This document shows positions 37,746 to 46,459 of a DNA stretch of 64,000 nucleotides, piece by piece; positions within the stretch are counted from its first letter, which is position 1; each line of letters opens with the position of its first letter. The DNA lies in the IMG/VR virus record IMGVR_UViG_3300032319_001071, positions 20,498-84,497 of that record; one strand, written 5' to 3'. The notes beneath the pieces are model-generated. The model was not told where the DNA came from. It was given only the letters and a program-made list of their open reading frames with translations, and did not search any database. This stretch comes from a virus. Lineage: Duplodnaviria; Caudoviricetes. The position numbers and the translations under genes were made by a program.

Positions 37746-40700
37746 TTATCTGTCAATAGGAGCAGACCACGTTTGACGATAGGGATCTTTGTTGTCAAAA
37801 TTAATAACCAATTTTTCAGGATTTTGAACTTTTCCGGTAATATTTCCGTTTTTGTCTTGAGAAAGTTTGATGGAAATTTCTACTTTTCGGGAATCTCCTC
37901 CGGCTGCAGCGCCGTCTGGATTCCCTCCGCCCACTCCTCCGCCCACCACTTGTCCGGCCCTATTGCGTCCACCTGTCAATTGCCCTGTTCTCATCCACGC
38001 GTTGGCGTCAAACAAAAGTCCATTTTTTTCAATTTCCCAATCAAGATGTCTTCCAGTTGTATTGCCAGTTGCACCCATTCTTCCAAGTCGAGTTCCTGCG
38101 TCGATTTGTTGACCCACCTTCAAGTCGGCGACATTTGCCAAATGGCTCAGGCGATGTTTGGTTCCGTCCGCTCCTTGAATGACAACGGAATTTCCCCAAC
38201 CTTGATTTACTTTCTGTTGTTGCGATTCTTGACCAGATTTCTCTCCGGTGTCTGCGGCTTTGTCAAACACTTCTATAATTTTGCCCGCAATAGGAGCAAA
38301 AATATCAACAGGCGCTTTGCCCACAGCGGCAAAATCTGCTCCTCGATTCCATGGATTGCCGGTAAGGTTGGTGTATCCAGAAGTCTGCCCAAACGTGGAA
38401 GTCGTCTGAATATTTGCCCCCTCACCAAATGGATTTCCTCCGCCCACAGGTTTTTGTCCAGCACCCTGTACCGTGTTAAAAATATCTCTTGCATACGCTT
38501 CCGCAGCCGGTCCCGAGCCGTTATATCCACGAACTTGATCGTAGAGACTTCCCTTTCCGTTTGGTCCGCCCTTTTTATTTAGCAACACCTTGCCCATCAT
38601 GAGAATGTTTTTTCGCGGATCAAGCAAATCCTCAGCGGTGATACTCTTGTCAATACCACGAGCGGTTGCCAACTGAATTTGCCCAAGGCCAAACGATTGA
38701 CCGTTGTCCCCAACTGCATTTGCCTGTCCGCCACTTTCCTTGTTGATAATGGCGCGAATGTATGCGGGGTCTATTCCGGCAGTCTTTGCCGCTTCTTGAA
38801 TTTCCGCCTCATATTGTGAAAGGTCCGCGCCTCCGGATGGCGCTCCTCCTGAACGGGATGACCCTCCTGATGAACGACCGCTTCCTGCGGGAGCAGAAGT
38901 CGATCCGGTTGCGGAAAGTGGCTTTCCTGTAGTTGCGTCAAACAATTGGTTGCGCGAGGTGGTTGCCGCGGCGCTTCCGGGATTTCCTCCACCAACAGTG
39001 GTGAGGTCTACTCCGTTTTGTTGTATTTGCTGATTTTCAACAATCATGCGAGCAACACGAAGTTCTTGAATGTTTGTTGAATCAATAATATCCTTGTTGA
39101 TTGCATCAGGGTTTCCGCCACCGACTACTGGTTGCCCTGTAGCAGGATCAGTTTTGGAACCTCCAAAAAAAGTGTCGTAGAGCATTGTACCGGCCCCGTA
39201 TCCTGCGGCACCTGCCATTCCGGCCCCAAGGAATCCAACGCCTCCAGTAGAAAGTCCTAGTCCGAGAATGCCTGCCCCTGCGCCCAACCCGCCAGCGATC
39301 ATGCGTCCCCAGTCTGTCTTTTCATTATGCCCTTCGTAAGCGTTTGTTCCTGCCGACAAAATATCGCTGCCGATCTCGTATGCTCCCATTGCCGCTGCAA
39401 TTGGAAGTGCAATTTTCCCCAATCCTTTTGCTCCGGCGCCAAGCATCCTTGCGGTTGCGCTTTGCCCAATTCTGCTTCCTGCAATTTTTCCTCCAACATT
39501 TGCAAGACCGCGCCCAATTCGGCTATTTCCTATGACAGTACGCGCTTTTCCAAAGATGCCACTTCCGCCGTTTCCTTGAAATGCATGATCTACTACAGCC
39601 TCAAGGGCATCACTCATCATTCCGCCAGATGCGTCGTCATCTTTTTTCCCGGTAACGCTTTCCACTGCACCGCCTAGTAACGTTTTTCCAAGTTGTCCTG
39701 CGGCCCATCCCCTGCCCTTGAGGGCACCCCCTATCGCAAGAGCGCCTGCCATGGGCAACAATGACAACCCCTGTGCGGCTAGTCCGGTCAAACCTTGACG
39801 AAAACCGGACGCATTGTCTTCGGTGACAGCAGTTCCATTAAGGGTTTTGACCGCATTTGCCTTGGCGCGATCCGTACCCAATGCAGCATTAATTTGATTG
39901 ACATTACTGGCTAGATCATGAAATGCCGCATTCAATTCCTGTGTCTGAACTTTTTGCGCTTCTAACGGATTTTCTGCGCCGAATAATGAAGAATTTTTAC
40001 TTGCTTCAATAGTTTTAAGTACATTGGTACGAACGGTGTCCGTGTCCATACCATTTTTTAAACTGTTTCTTTGTTCTTCTAATTTTCTGGATAATTCTTG
40101 AGCGGCTTTATCAGTAGGTTTTTTGGACAATGATTCAATTTGCTGTCCAAGTGCCTGATCGATATCGCCTTTTTCCCCTGTGGCAATTCTGGTGTAAAGT
40201 CCGACTGCCCCTGCGCTTGCTCCTTGCTGGAATGCCTGATATTGACTGCTGGCCTTTAATCCACGTAGCCGCTCCTGACCTTGCTGACTGCTTACTCCTG
40301 CGGCAAGCCTCAGGCTATCTGCTGCCTGTTCTGCGGTCATGCCGGTTTTTTGCGAAAACCGCAACAGCGCTCCGGCCGATCTTGCCGACAAATCGTCTGT
40401 TGATTTCCCTCCGGCCAATTCCTTGATGTCGCCGCCAAACATCTTGAACTGTTCAGCAAACACTGAAGATTGTTTTTCCAAATCTGAACCTTGCATGACC
40501 TTTTGCAAACTGATGATGTCCCTTGCCCCAAATCCGGGTGTGGATTTCGGGTTGACGCGCGTATATGCGGCCATTAGCATGGGATCAAGTGACTGGGCCT
40601 GTCCGGCGGTAATGCGACTTATGCCAGCCAGAAGTTCCGGAGCGCGTTCCTGCAACTTGGCGCTACCGCTATCTTTTGCGGTTTGATTTGCCGAAGCAAG

Positions 40701-41555
40701 AGCGCGGGCAATGTTTTCCGCATTTACTTCTCCACCGCGGGAGGCCATTTCCGTGGCCAATCCGCCTACTGATTGCAACACTTCGTCAAGACGGTCAAAG
40801 AGCTTTCCGGAAGCCAATGTTTCGGCAATGGTAATGGCGAATTGCCGTTGATCTTGCGCAAACCCTCCGGCTTTTCCTGCGGTTCCTACTGCGCCGACGC
40901 GACCCAATTGCGACAGTGTATTGAGATAGTTGCCGCGATCCGCTCCAAGGCTGAATGCCATCTGAGCGCCAAATTGCGTTTGATTGGCTATGTCGTAACT
41001 GCTACTTAATCCCCGCCGTGTTCCTTGTCCGAACCGACCGGCAACATTCGTGAAGGCAATTGCCTCATTCATGTCCATGCCGGTGCCAAGCTGCAAGTTG
41101 CTAATCCGCTGGCGGTATGCCGTCAAACTCATGGACTGATTGTCCAGATATCTTCTGGACATCTGTCCTATGCGATAATCATCCTCTGCCGCCTTGGGCC
41201 GGGCAGCATTGATGGACCCGGCAAACTGGGACAGCATGCTTTGCAAACCGGCAAATAATCCGCGAGTGTCAAATGCACGCGGATCAGTTGGCGGCCTGAC
41301 GCTTGGATCAATCGGCGGCCGCACATTCGGATCAGTTGGCGGACGAGTGCCCGGATCATTTCCCGGTCTCGTGGCCATGTCTCGCATGGCCCTTGTGCTT
41401 TGGTCAAATCCAGATTTAATTGCCGAGGCAGTGCTTCTTTGTGACTCAAGTAATTCCTTGAGTACGCCAATAACCTCCGACAAATCAACGGGATCGATAG
41501 CAGGGGTGTTATTTATGGGAGATGTTGTTGACCCGAGTCCGCCTGCCCTACCCAT
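37746..41555 (-). CDS. Tape measure protein with C-terminal SLT and M23-like domains
   Basis: Long Ala/Gly/Gln helical region, hydrophobic Gly-rich segments, SLT (RAIINKESGG...GLGQI) ~38480-38820, M23-like (GWGNSVVI...SHL...GATGNTTGRHL) ~38010-38360; follows the chaperones. Confidence 0.9.
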   Translation of the reverse strand: MGRAGGLGSTTSPINNTPAIDPVDLSEVIGVLKELLESQRSTASAIKSGFDQSTRAMRDMATRPGNDPGTRPPTDPNVRPPIDPSVRPPTDPRAFDTRGLFAGLQSMLSQFAGSINAARPKAAEDDYRIGQMSRRYLDNQSMSLTAYRQRISNLQLGTGMDMNEAIAFTNVAGRFGQGTRRGLSSSYDIANQTQFGAQMAFSLGADRGNYLNTLSQLGRVGAVGTAGKAGGFAQDQRQFAITIAETLASGKLFDRLDEVLQSVGGLATEMASRGGEVNAENIARALASANQTAKDSGSAKLQERAPELLAGISRITAGQAQSLDPMLMAAYTRVNPKSTPGFGARDIISLQKVMQGSDLEKQSSVFAEQFKMFGGDIKELAGGKSTDDLSARSAGALLRFSQKTGMTAEQAADSLRLAAGVSSQQGQERLRGLKASSQYQAFQQGASAGAVGLYTRIATGEKGDIDQALGQQIESLSKKPTDKAAQELSRKLEEQRNSLKNGMDTDTVRTNVLKTIEASKNSSLFGAENPLEAQKVQTQELNAAFHDLASNVNQINAALGTDRAKANAVKTLNGTAVTEDNASGFRQGLTGLAAQGLSLLPMAGALAIGGALKGRGWAAGQLGKTLLGGAVESVTGKKDDDASGGMMSDALEAVVDHAFQGNGGSGIFGKARTVIGNSRIGRGLANVGGKIAGSRIGQSATARMLGAGAKGLGKIALPIAAAMGAYEIGSDILSAGTNAYEGHNEKTDWGRMIAGGLGAGAGILGLGLSTGGVGFLGAGMAGAAGYGAGTMLYDTFFGGSKTDPATGQPVVGGGNPDAINKDIIDSTNIQELRVARMIVENQQIQQNGVDLTTVGGGNPGSAAATTSRNQLFDATTGKPLSATGSTSAPAGSGRSSGGSSRSGGAPSGGADLSQYEAEIQEAAKTAGIDPAYIRAIINKESGGQANAVGDNGQSFGLGQIQLATARGIDKSITAEDLLDPRKNILMMGKVLLNKKGGPNGKGSLYDQVRGYNGSGPAAEAYARDIFNTVQGAGQKPVGGGNPFGEGANIQTTSTFGQTSGYTNLTGNPWNRGADFAAVGKAPVDIFAPIAGKIIEVFDKAADTGEKSGQESQQQKVNQGWGNSVVIQGADGTKHRLSHLANVADLKVGQQIDAGTRLGRMGATGNTTGRHLDWEIEKNGLLFDANAWMRTGQLTGGRNRAGQVVGGGVGGGNPDGAAAGGDSRKVEISIKLSQDKNGNITGKVQNPEKLVINFDNKDPYRQTWSAPIDR

Positions 41556-42108
41556 TGGTCATTGACCCCAATTCTTCCAGTTGCTCCCAGAATGAATCGT
41601 CATTCTGCATGGACTCCATCATCTTTTCAAATTCTTGTACTGGCATTCTATATGTCGCTTCTTCAGATTCATATGGAATACCAGTTTTTGGTGTAGATGA
41701 TGTCTTTTCTAAAGTATACGTATCTGGGTCATTCGAAGTGGTTGCTTCGGCTTTTTTGTTGGAAGACCCGCCCATATTGAAGTGTTCAATCTTGGACGTG
41801 TACGTATTGTCAAAATCAAATCCATTGGGCGCAGGAAGAACGCCACCAAAGGGACGAAACAATGTAAATTGCGGCATCTTCAGTTCGGGCGATTCGTCGC
41901 CCCAATCGCGAATGCCAAATCGCAATTCGTTCCAATATTGGCGTCGATAAAAATCAACAAATGCAATATCTTCATCTACATTTTGTTCGTAAAATGTGGA
42001 AAGTGGAATATTATATTGTTGACGATACCATTCAAGTATTTCAGAAGTATATAATTCTGATAACGCTCGTTGTTTAAGGCTGTTATTCCGCTGCTGCTCG
42101 TGAGGCGC
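41548..42108 (-). CDS. C-terminal extension of tail assembly chaperone (gpT-equivalent), probably reached by +1 frameshift
   Basis: Open frame overlaps the 3' end of the 42538 gene in the +1 frame; no start codon with RBS near its beginning; overlaps the TMP start by 8 nt. Confidence 0.7.
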   Translation of the reverse strand, partial: APHEQQRNNSLKQRALSELYTSEILEWYRQQYNIPLSTFYEQNVDEDIAFVDFYRRQYWNELRFGIRDWGDESPELKMPQFTLFRPFGGVLPAPNGFDFDNTYTSKIEHFNMGGSSNKKAEATTSNDPDTYTLEKTSSTPKTGIPYESEEATYRMPVQEFEKMMESMQNDDSFWEQLEELGSMTNG

Positions 42109-42538
42109 GAAACGAGTTTCGCCAGTTCTCCCATTCGCGATAATAATATAACAAATCATCAAACTCATAAATGTTTTCAATAAATTGATCAATATTACCG
42201 TTACAATACGCAGGAAGATATCCCGGCGCTTGAGTGACGAATTGCAACATGACACTCATCCATGTCATTTCATACGTCCGCTGATCAACGTTCAGTCCTT
42301 GCAAGGCAGTGGCTACGGCCTTTCCGGCAAGGCGCTGAGTATTCATGTGTCCCCGAACAACGCCGATCTTTCCGGCTGGTCCATCAATCTCATACGGCTT
42401 TGTGTAGTCGTATGCCTTGTTATCCGCAAAAAACTTTGGCTTTTGCACAATCTTTGACTGCTCTACAGCAGAAGAAATAGATGACTTGTCTGGATGTGTT
42501 TCAGTGATGGAAGAGATGTTATCTTCAGTACCTGCCAT
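42083..42538 (-). CDS. Tail assembly chaperone (gpG-equivalent)
   Basis: GGAGG RBS before MAGTEDN; position between tube and TMP; ends ...WENWRNSFRASRAAAE. Confidence 0.8.
   Translation of the reverse strand: MAGTEDNISSITETHPDKSSISSAVEQSKIVQKPKFFADNKAYDYTKPYEIDGPAGKIGVVRGHMNTQRLAGKAVATALQGLNVDQRTYEMTWMSVMLQFVTQAPGYLPAYCNGNIDQFIENIYEFDDLLYYYREWENWRNSFRASRAAAE
42107..42115 (-). other. Candidate +1 ribosomal frameshift site UCG-UUU-CGC
   Basis: In-frame TCG TTT CGC; tRNA-Phe can re-pair UUU to UUC, entering the 41548 frame. Confidence 0.6.
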
Positions 42539-42554
42539 GGTGTTTCCTCCAAAA

Positions 42555-42589
42555 AAAAGAGCGTGTGATAAAACTATCACACGCTCTTT
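42555..42589 (-). terminator. Intrinsic terminator after the tail tube gene
   Basis: Perfect 16-bp inverted repeat AAAAGAGCGTGTGATA-AAC-TATCACACGCTCTTTT with 8 T on the minus strand. Confidence 0.8.
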
Positions 42590-42609
42590 AAAATGTCAAG
42601 AAAACAGTG

Positions 42610-43263
42610 TTATCCTGAAATATACGCTGATGCAGGAGTCTCCATTAACCAGCCGCGACGATACAAGGCAACAAACTCGCATTGATGAACCGTGATCTGA
42701 TTGGCATTGAACCGAACGCTTCCGCCGTTGAAGTAGCAGTTGTCGTAACGAACAACCGAAACAGTTGTCGCCTGAGCGCCGGATGTCCACGTGGGAGACA
42801 GGATTTCAATGCTGAATGACTTGCCGTGCAGGACGCGAAGAGCGCCCTTGTTACTGGTGTCCAATGTGCCCACGTTTGTGTCGGCGCTCATGTCGGTAAT
42901 GACCGAGTCAAACGACCCAATGGTTGCTTGCTTCAGGAAACCATAGTTACCCGCGCCAGTCGGCTCGAGATTAGCCATTGCCAAACTGGAGTCCTTCATG
43001 ACCATGACCGTGAGATTGATGGAATGACGAGCATCTGTTGGAACGTAATCAATTGGAGACAACTGTCCAAGCACGTGAATGGGCTGCAATCCGTACGCGT
43101 CAGAACATGAAGCCTCATTGGCAAATCCAATGATCTGATTGTCCATCTTGATGAGGATTTTGCCGCCGACAAGAACCTTGTTGTTTGAGAGCGTCGGTGG
43201 ACTGACTGTTCCGGTCGTATTTTTGACCGACCCTCCACCGGGATCGCCTGCAGTTAATGCCAT
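42610..43263 (-). CDS. Tail tube protein
   Basis: KILIKMDNQIIGFANEASCSDAYGLQPIHVLGQLSPIDYVP...YDNCYF tube pattern; directly after the sheath. Confidence 0.85.
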   Translation of the reverse strand: MALTAGDPGGGSVKNTTGTVSPPTLSNNKVLVGGKILIKMDNQIIGFANEASCSDAYGLQPIHVLGQLSPIDYVPTDARHSINLTVMVMKDSSLAMANLEPTGAGNYGFLKQATIGSFDSVITDMSADTNVGTLDTSNKGALRVLHGKSFSIEILSPTWTSGAQATTVSVVRYDNCYFNGGSVRFNANQITVHQCEFVALYRRGWLMETPASAYISG

Positions 43264-43288
43264 GATAGTGTCTCCTTTTTATCAATTT

Positions 43289-46048
43289 TTACGAAACATA
43301 TGCCGTAATTAAAATATAGTTGGCTGGCTTGGCGGGAGAGATATTAAAATCAATATAGTAAGCATCACCAAACACTCGAACCGACACATTCTTGTACGCA
43401 GGGTACTGAAGAGGGTTGTTGGGATCAGCAATGATCAATCCGCGTGCCGCAGCAATATTCAACATGTCAACAGTCACCGAAGTGATGGTGTCTACCAATT
43501 GCTGACTGGACTTGCTGCCAACAAAAGGAGAGACTGCATTGCGGACCAATTTCATGGTTTCATCTGCAGCGCGGACAGTACTGACTTCGCGTCGGGCTGT
43601 CTTGCCGTCGCCCGTCCATGTAGTGAGCGACTGCACAATTACAAATCCTCGACCAATATCGTTTCGCACTGTAAATACACCGTTATTGACCAGATCATCA
43701 ATGGCCGCTGGTGAGGAGGTGGTCTCCAATCCATACAGACGGATGGTCTTGTTTGTCAACGGCATTGAAGGGTCATCCTGAGCCGCCATGGTTCCGGCAA
43801 TCTGGGCCGCAAGATAATAAGGAGGAAGAGCGGACAGAAGTCCATTGTTATCATAGTCTACAATACCCGGCCACACTAGCACGGCACGTTTGTCGTTTAG
43901 CGCAGCAGCCCGAACCTTGGCGTCAAGATACGTCTCGGCAGAAGCCCCACCGCAAACGGCAATTCTTTCGCTCTTTCCACTTGGCAATGACATTGCCTGA
44001 GCATGGGAAAGGGCAGCAGCGTGATAGGCGGCTGAAGAAGTCATGGGGACCACGAAATAGGCGGGCACAGACTGAGCGGCCACAAAAGCATTTGTCCAGT
44101 CCGAACTCACTGCATCCGGGTCAAAATCTGTAACGCTGCCGGTTACTACTGATCCGGTGATCGCAATCGGGCTTCCCGATGAACCAACGTTCTGTGATGC
44201 GCTGACCGTATACGTGCCTGTTCCACCCGAACCTGTGCCAAGTGCCGTAATGGTGGTGCCCGCGGACACGTTTGCACCGGCAATTATCTGCGAAAGTACA
44301 ATCGTTCCTGTCGGTGAGGCCGCAGCCGTAACTGACACGGGACTTCCCGATGAAGCAACTTGCTGGCTAATGCTTACAGTGTATGTTCCCGTTCCACCCG
44401 TGCCGGTTCCTCCAGCCTGCGCTGTAGCGATGACGCCGGTAATTGCGGGAGTGGTTGCAACGCCTGTAGTGCCAGTTGTTGCCGTGTATCCAACTCCACC
44501 CGTGATCGGCGTAGCAGCCCCGAGTGCCGGGACACCGCTGGTGACTGAACAGGAGAAGAATGCGGGCGAAGTGCTTGTTCCTCCTACGGAAAAATACAAT
44601 GTTCCGCTTGCTCCGCCCAGATACCCACTACCGGCGGTAGTGATGGAGAAAGCCGAAAGAACTCCTCCCGTATGAGTGATGGTTCCCAGCAATCCGCTGC
44701 CAGTTCCTGCGGTATATCCTGTTCCTCCACTTGAAACCGAAACGGCTCCTGTGGGGGCACCGCCGGTCAGACCTACACTCAGGACGGCCTGTGTAGTGGA
44801 GTTGGCCGTCGATCCAGCAGTGAAATACAGTGTACCGCTATTGGCCCCTGCAACACTGTATCCACTACCGGCACTGGCAATTGCAGCAGCAGTGATAATT
44901 CCAGATGGGGCTGTGGCGTAAACGGTTAAGCCGCTACCTGTGACCGGTGTTACAATGGATGTTCCGCTTGTGATTCCTGTTCCAGTAAGCGCTTGAGTCG
45001 CAATAATCGATCCGCTTGTCACCGAAGTAACAGTCAACTGTGTTCCTGCACCAATTCCGTTTACACCGCTGATGTATCCGCTGAAAGATGCGGTCGAAGA
45101 AACAACCGTGAGTGTTGTTCCAGAGATATATCCACTGAATGTTGATCCTGTGGAGGTGAAGTAATTGAAGGAATACACTCCGTTGCTAACGGCTCCGCCG
45201 CTATTTGAAACAAAAGAGCCGGTAAGAAAAGGTCCAAGGATCGTGCCGTTCAGAGCATCGTTCATTGCCGCAATGTTGGAAGTCAAGACGAATGGTGTTC
45301 CGGTATACACAGGGACATTGCCACTTACTCCGGAAACCGCATCAAGCGTGGATGTGAGAGCATTCTCATCTGCACCGGTTACAACACTTGCCTTGAACGC
45401 ACCAGCCGCGTTGATGGCGGCAACCATGGCGTTCAGTCTTGGATAGTCTGAAAAATTGTATGTTACTCCGTTTCCGCCTGTCGTTGTCAATGTAATGCCT
45501 GCAGCACTGACATCAACTCGTCCGGTGACGCTAAGGGATGCGCTTAAGATATTGATTGACTGACGAGCAATGTTGTCGGCGGTGTAACTCCGTCCGTCAT
45601 GCAAGATCAACGTTGCTTTCTTGCCAACACTTGCGCCATTGACAGTGATGGTGTTTGTCGATCCCGAAACGGTCAGGGACCATGCTTTGCAAAACTTTCC
45701 ATACTCTGTCGTTGTCGCCTTGATTACTTCCGTTGTCGAATTCAGCAACGAGGCAGTGAACGCCTTGGAGCGACCGACTCGGACACCGTACACGGTTCCT
45801 GCTCCAGCAGCAAGTGCCCGGTTGATTCCGTCAACGAGAGGACGGTCCTGCCCCCCGGTTCCGTACACGGCAGTTGCAGCCGCGGCACTGGTGAATGCCA
45901 GTGCTGTATTCGGCTGGCCACGTTCTGCCACGCCAACAACAACCACGCTGTTTGGCGTTGCCGAAACGCCCGACGATGCCTGACTGTCATCAATATATGA
46001 AGCCACTCCGGGTGCCGACAGCACCACTCCGCGAAATCCTACAGGCAT
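43289..46048 (-). CDS. Contractile tail sheath protein with ~330-aa nested insertion
   Basis: APGVASYIDDS, VGVAERG, YGVRVG N-terminus; LAAQIAG...PLTNK, GVFTV, STVRAAD C-terminus; AAGGAG RBS. Confidence 0.92.
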   Translation of the reverse strand: MPVGFRGVVLSAPGVASYIDDSQASSGVSATPNSVVVVGVAERGQPNTALAFTSAAAATAVYGTGGQDRPLVDGINRALAAGAGTVYGVRVGRSKAFTASLLNSTTEVIKATTTEYGKFCKAWSLTVSGSTNTITVNGASVGKKATLILHDGRSYTADNIARQSINILSASLSVTGRVDVSAAGITLTTTGGNGVTYNFSDYPRLNAMVAAINAAGAFKASVVTGADENALTSTLDAVSGVSGNVPVYTGTPFVLTSNIAAMNDALNGTILGPFLTGSFVSNSGGAVSNGVYSFNYFTSTGSTFSGYISGTTLTVVSSTASFSGYISGVNGIGAGTQLTVTSVTSGSIIATQALTGTGITSGTSIVTPVTGSGLTVYATAPSGIITAAAIASAGSGYSVAGANSGTLYFTAGSTANSTTQAVLSVGLTGGAPTGAVSVSSGGTGYTAGTGSGLLGTITHTGGVLSAFSITTAGSGYLGGASGTLYFSVGGTSTSPAFFSCSVTSGVPALGAATPITGGVGYTATTGTTGVATTPAITGVIATAQAGGTGTGGTGTYTVSISQQVASSGSPVSVTAAASPTGTIVLSQIIAGANVSAGTTITALGTGSGGTGTYTVSASQNVGSSGSPIAITGSVVTGSVTDFDPDAVSSDWTNAFVAAQSVPAYFVVPMTSSAAYHAAALSHAQAMSLPSGKSERIAVCGGASAETYLDAKVRAAALNDKRAVLVWPGIVDYDNNGLLSALPPYYLAAQIAGTMAAQDDPSMPLTNKTIRLYGLETTSSPAAIDDLVNNGVFTVRNDIGRGFVIVQSLTTWTGDGKTARREVSTVRAADETMKLVRNAVSPFVGSKSSQQLVDTITSVTVDMLNIAAARGLIIADPNNPLQYPAYKNVSVRVFGDAYYIDFNISPAKPANYILITAYVS

Positions 46049-46102
46049 TGCTTTTTACTCCTTCGGGGGGACAAGTCGCATTGAAAAATGATCTTGTTCT
46101 TG

Positions 46103-46121
46103 TGATATTGTGACAATATCA
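46103..46121. promoter_or_regulatory. Operator-like palindrome upstream of the sheath gene
   Basis: TGATATTGT-G-ACAATATCA perfect 9-bp inverted repeat at the end of the upstream gene and intergenic gap. Confidence 0.35.
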
Positions 46122-46448
46122 GGAATTTGATTCCCACCTTGAGAATTTTTCCAGCCATCCCGAAGGGGTGTCTGCAAACCAATTCTGCTGCTTTGCGAAA
46201 TATCGAAAAGCACCTAATGCTTCGGAACTGACAATGATTCCTTGAGGAGACCAGTTATCCAAAAATTCGGGAATGCTATCCAGCGGACGAAATCCAATTG
46301 GGTATTCCACTGGCAGTGGAACAAGGTCTGAAGGTACGGGCGCAACCTCTACAGGCTCCACCACAGGCTCCACCACAGGCTCCACCACAGGCTCCACCAC
46401 AGGTTCTTCCGGAATGGCGGGATCGATTGACGCATTTGCTCTAGGCAT
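46119..46448 (-). CDS. Small acidic Pro/Glu-rich hypothetical protein
   Basis: AAGGA RBS before MPRANAS; EPVV repeats. Confidence 0.7.
   Translation of the reverse strand: MPRANASIDPAIPEEPVVEPVVEPVVEPVVEPVEVAPVPSDLVPLPVEYPIGFRPLDSIPEFLDNWSPQGIIVSSEALGAFRYFAKQQNWFADTPSGWLEKFSRWESNS
46351..46402. repeat. 12-bp tandem repeat (ACAGGCTCCACC) x ~4 encoding EPVV
   Basis: Read directly from the sequence; in-frame within the 46448 gene. Confidence 0.9.
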
Positions 46449-46459
46449 TTTTCTTTTCC

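Noticed and set aside
44150-45150. Intein or intron in the sheath
   Set aside because: No C/S...HN splice motifs or homing domain; the insert consists of Gly/Ser/Thr beta modules found elsewhere in the genome.
14770-46048. Extracellular contractile injection system (eCIS/tailocin) rather than phage
   Set aside because: Primase-helicase, RuvC, holin-endolysin, long TMP and a frameshifted chaperone are phage hallmarks. Head genes are probably just outside the window.
46351-46402. CRISPR-like or origin repeat
   Set aside because: 12-bp tandem units without spacers, in frame, encoding EPVV.
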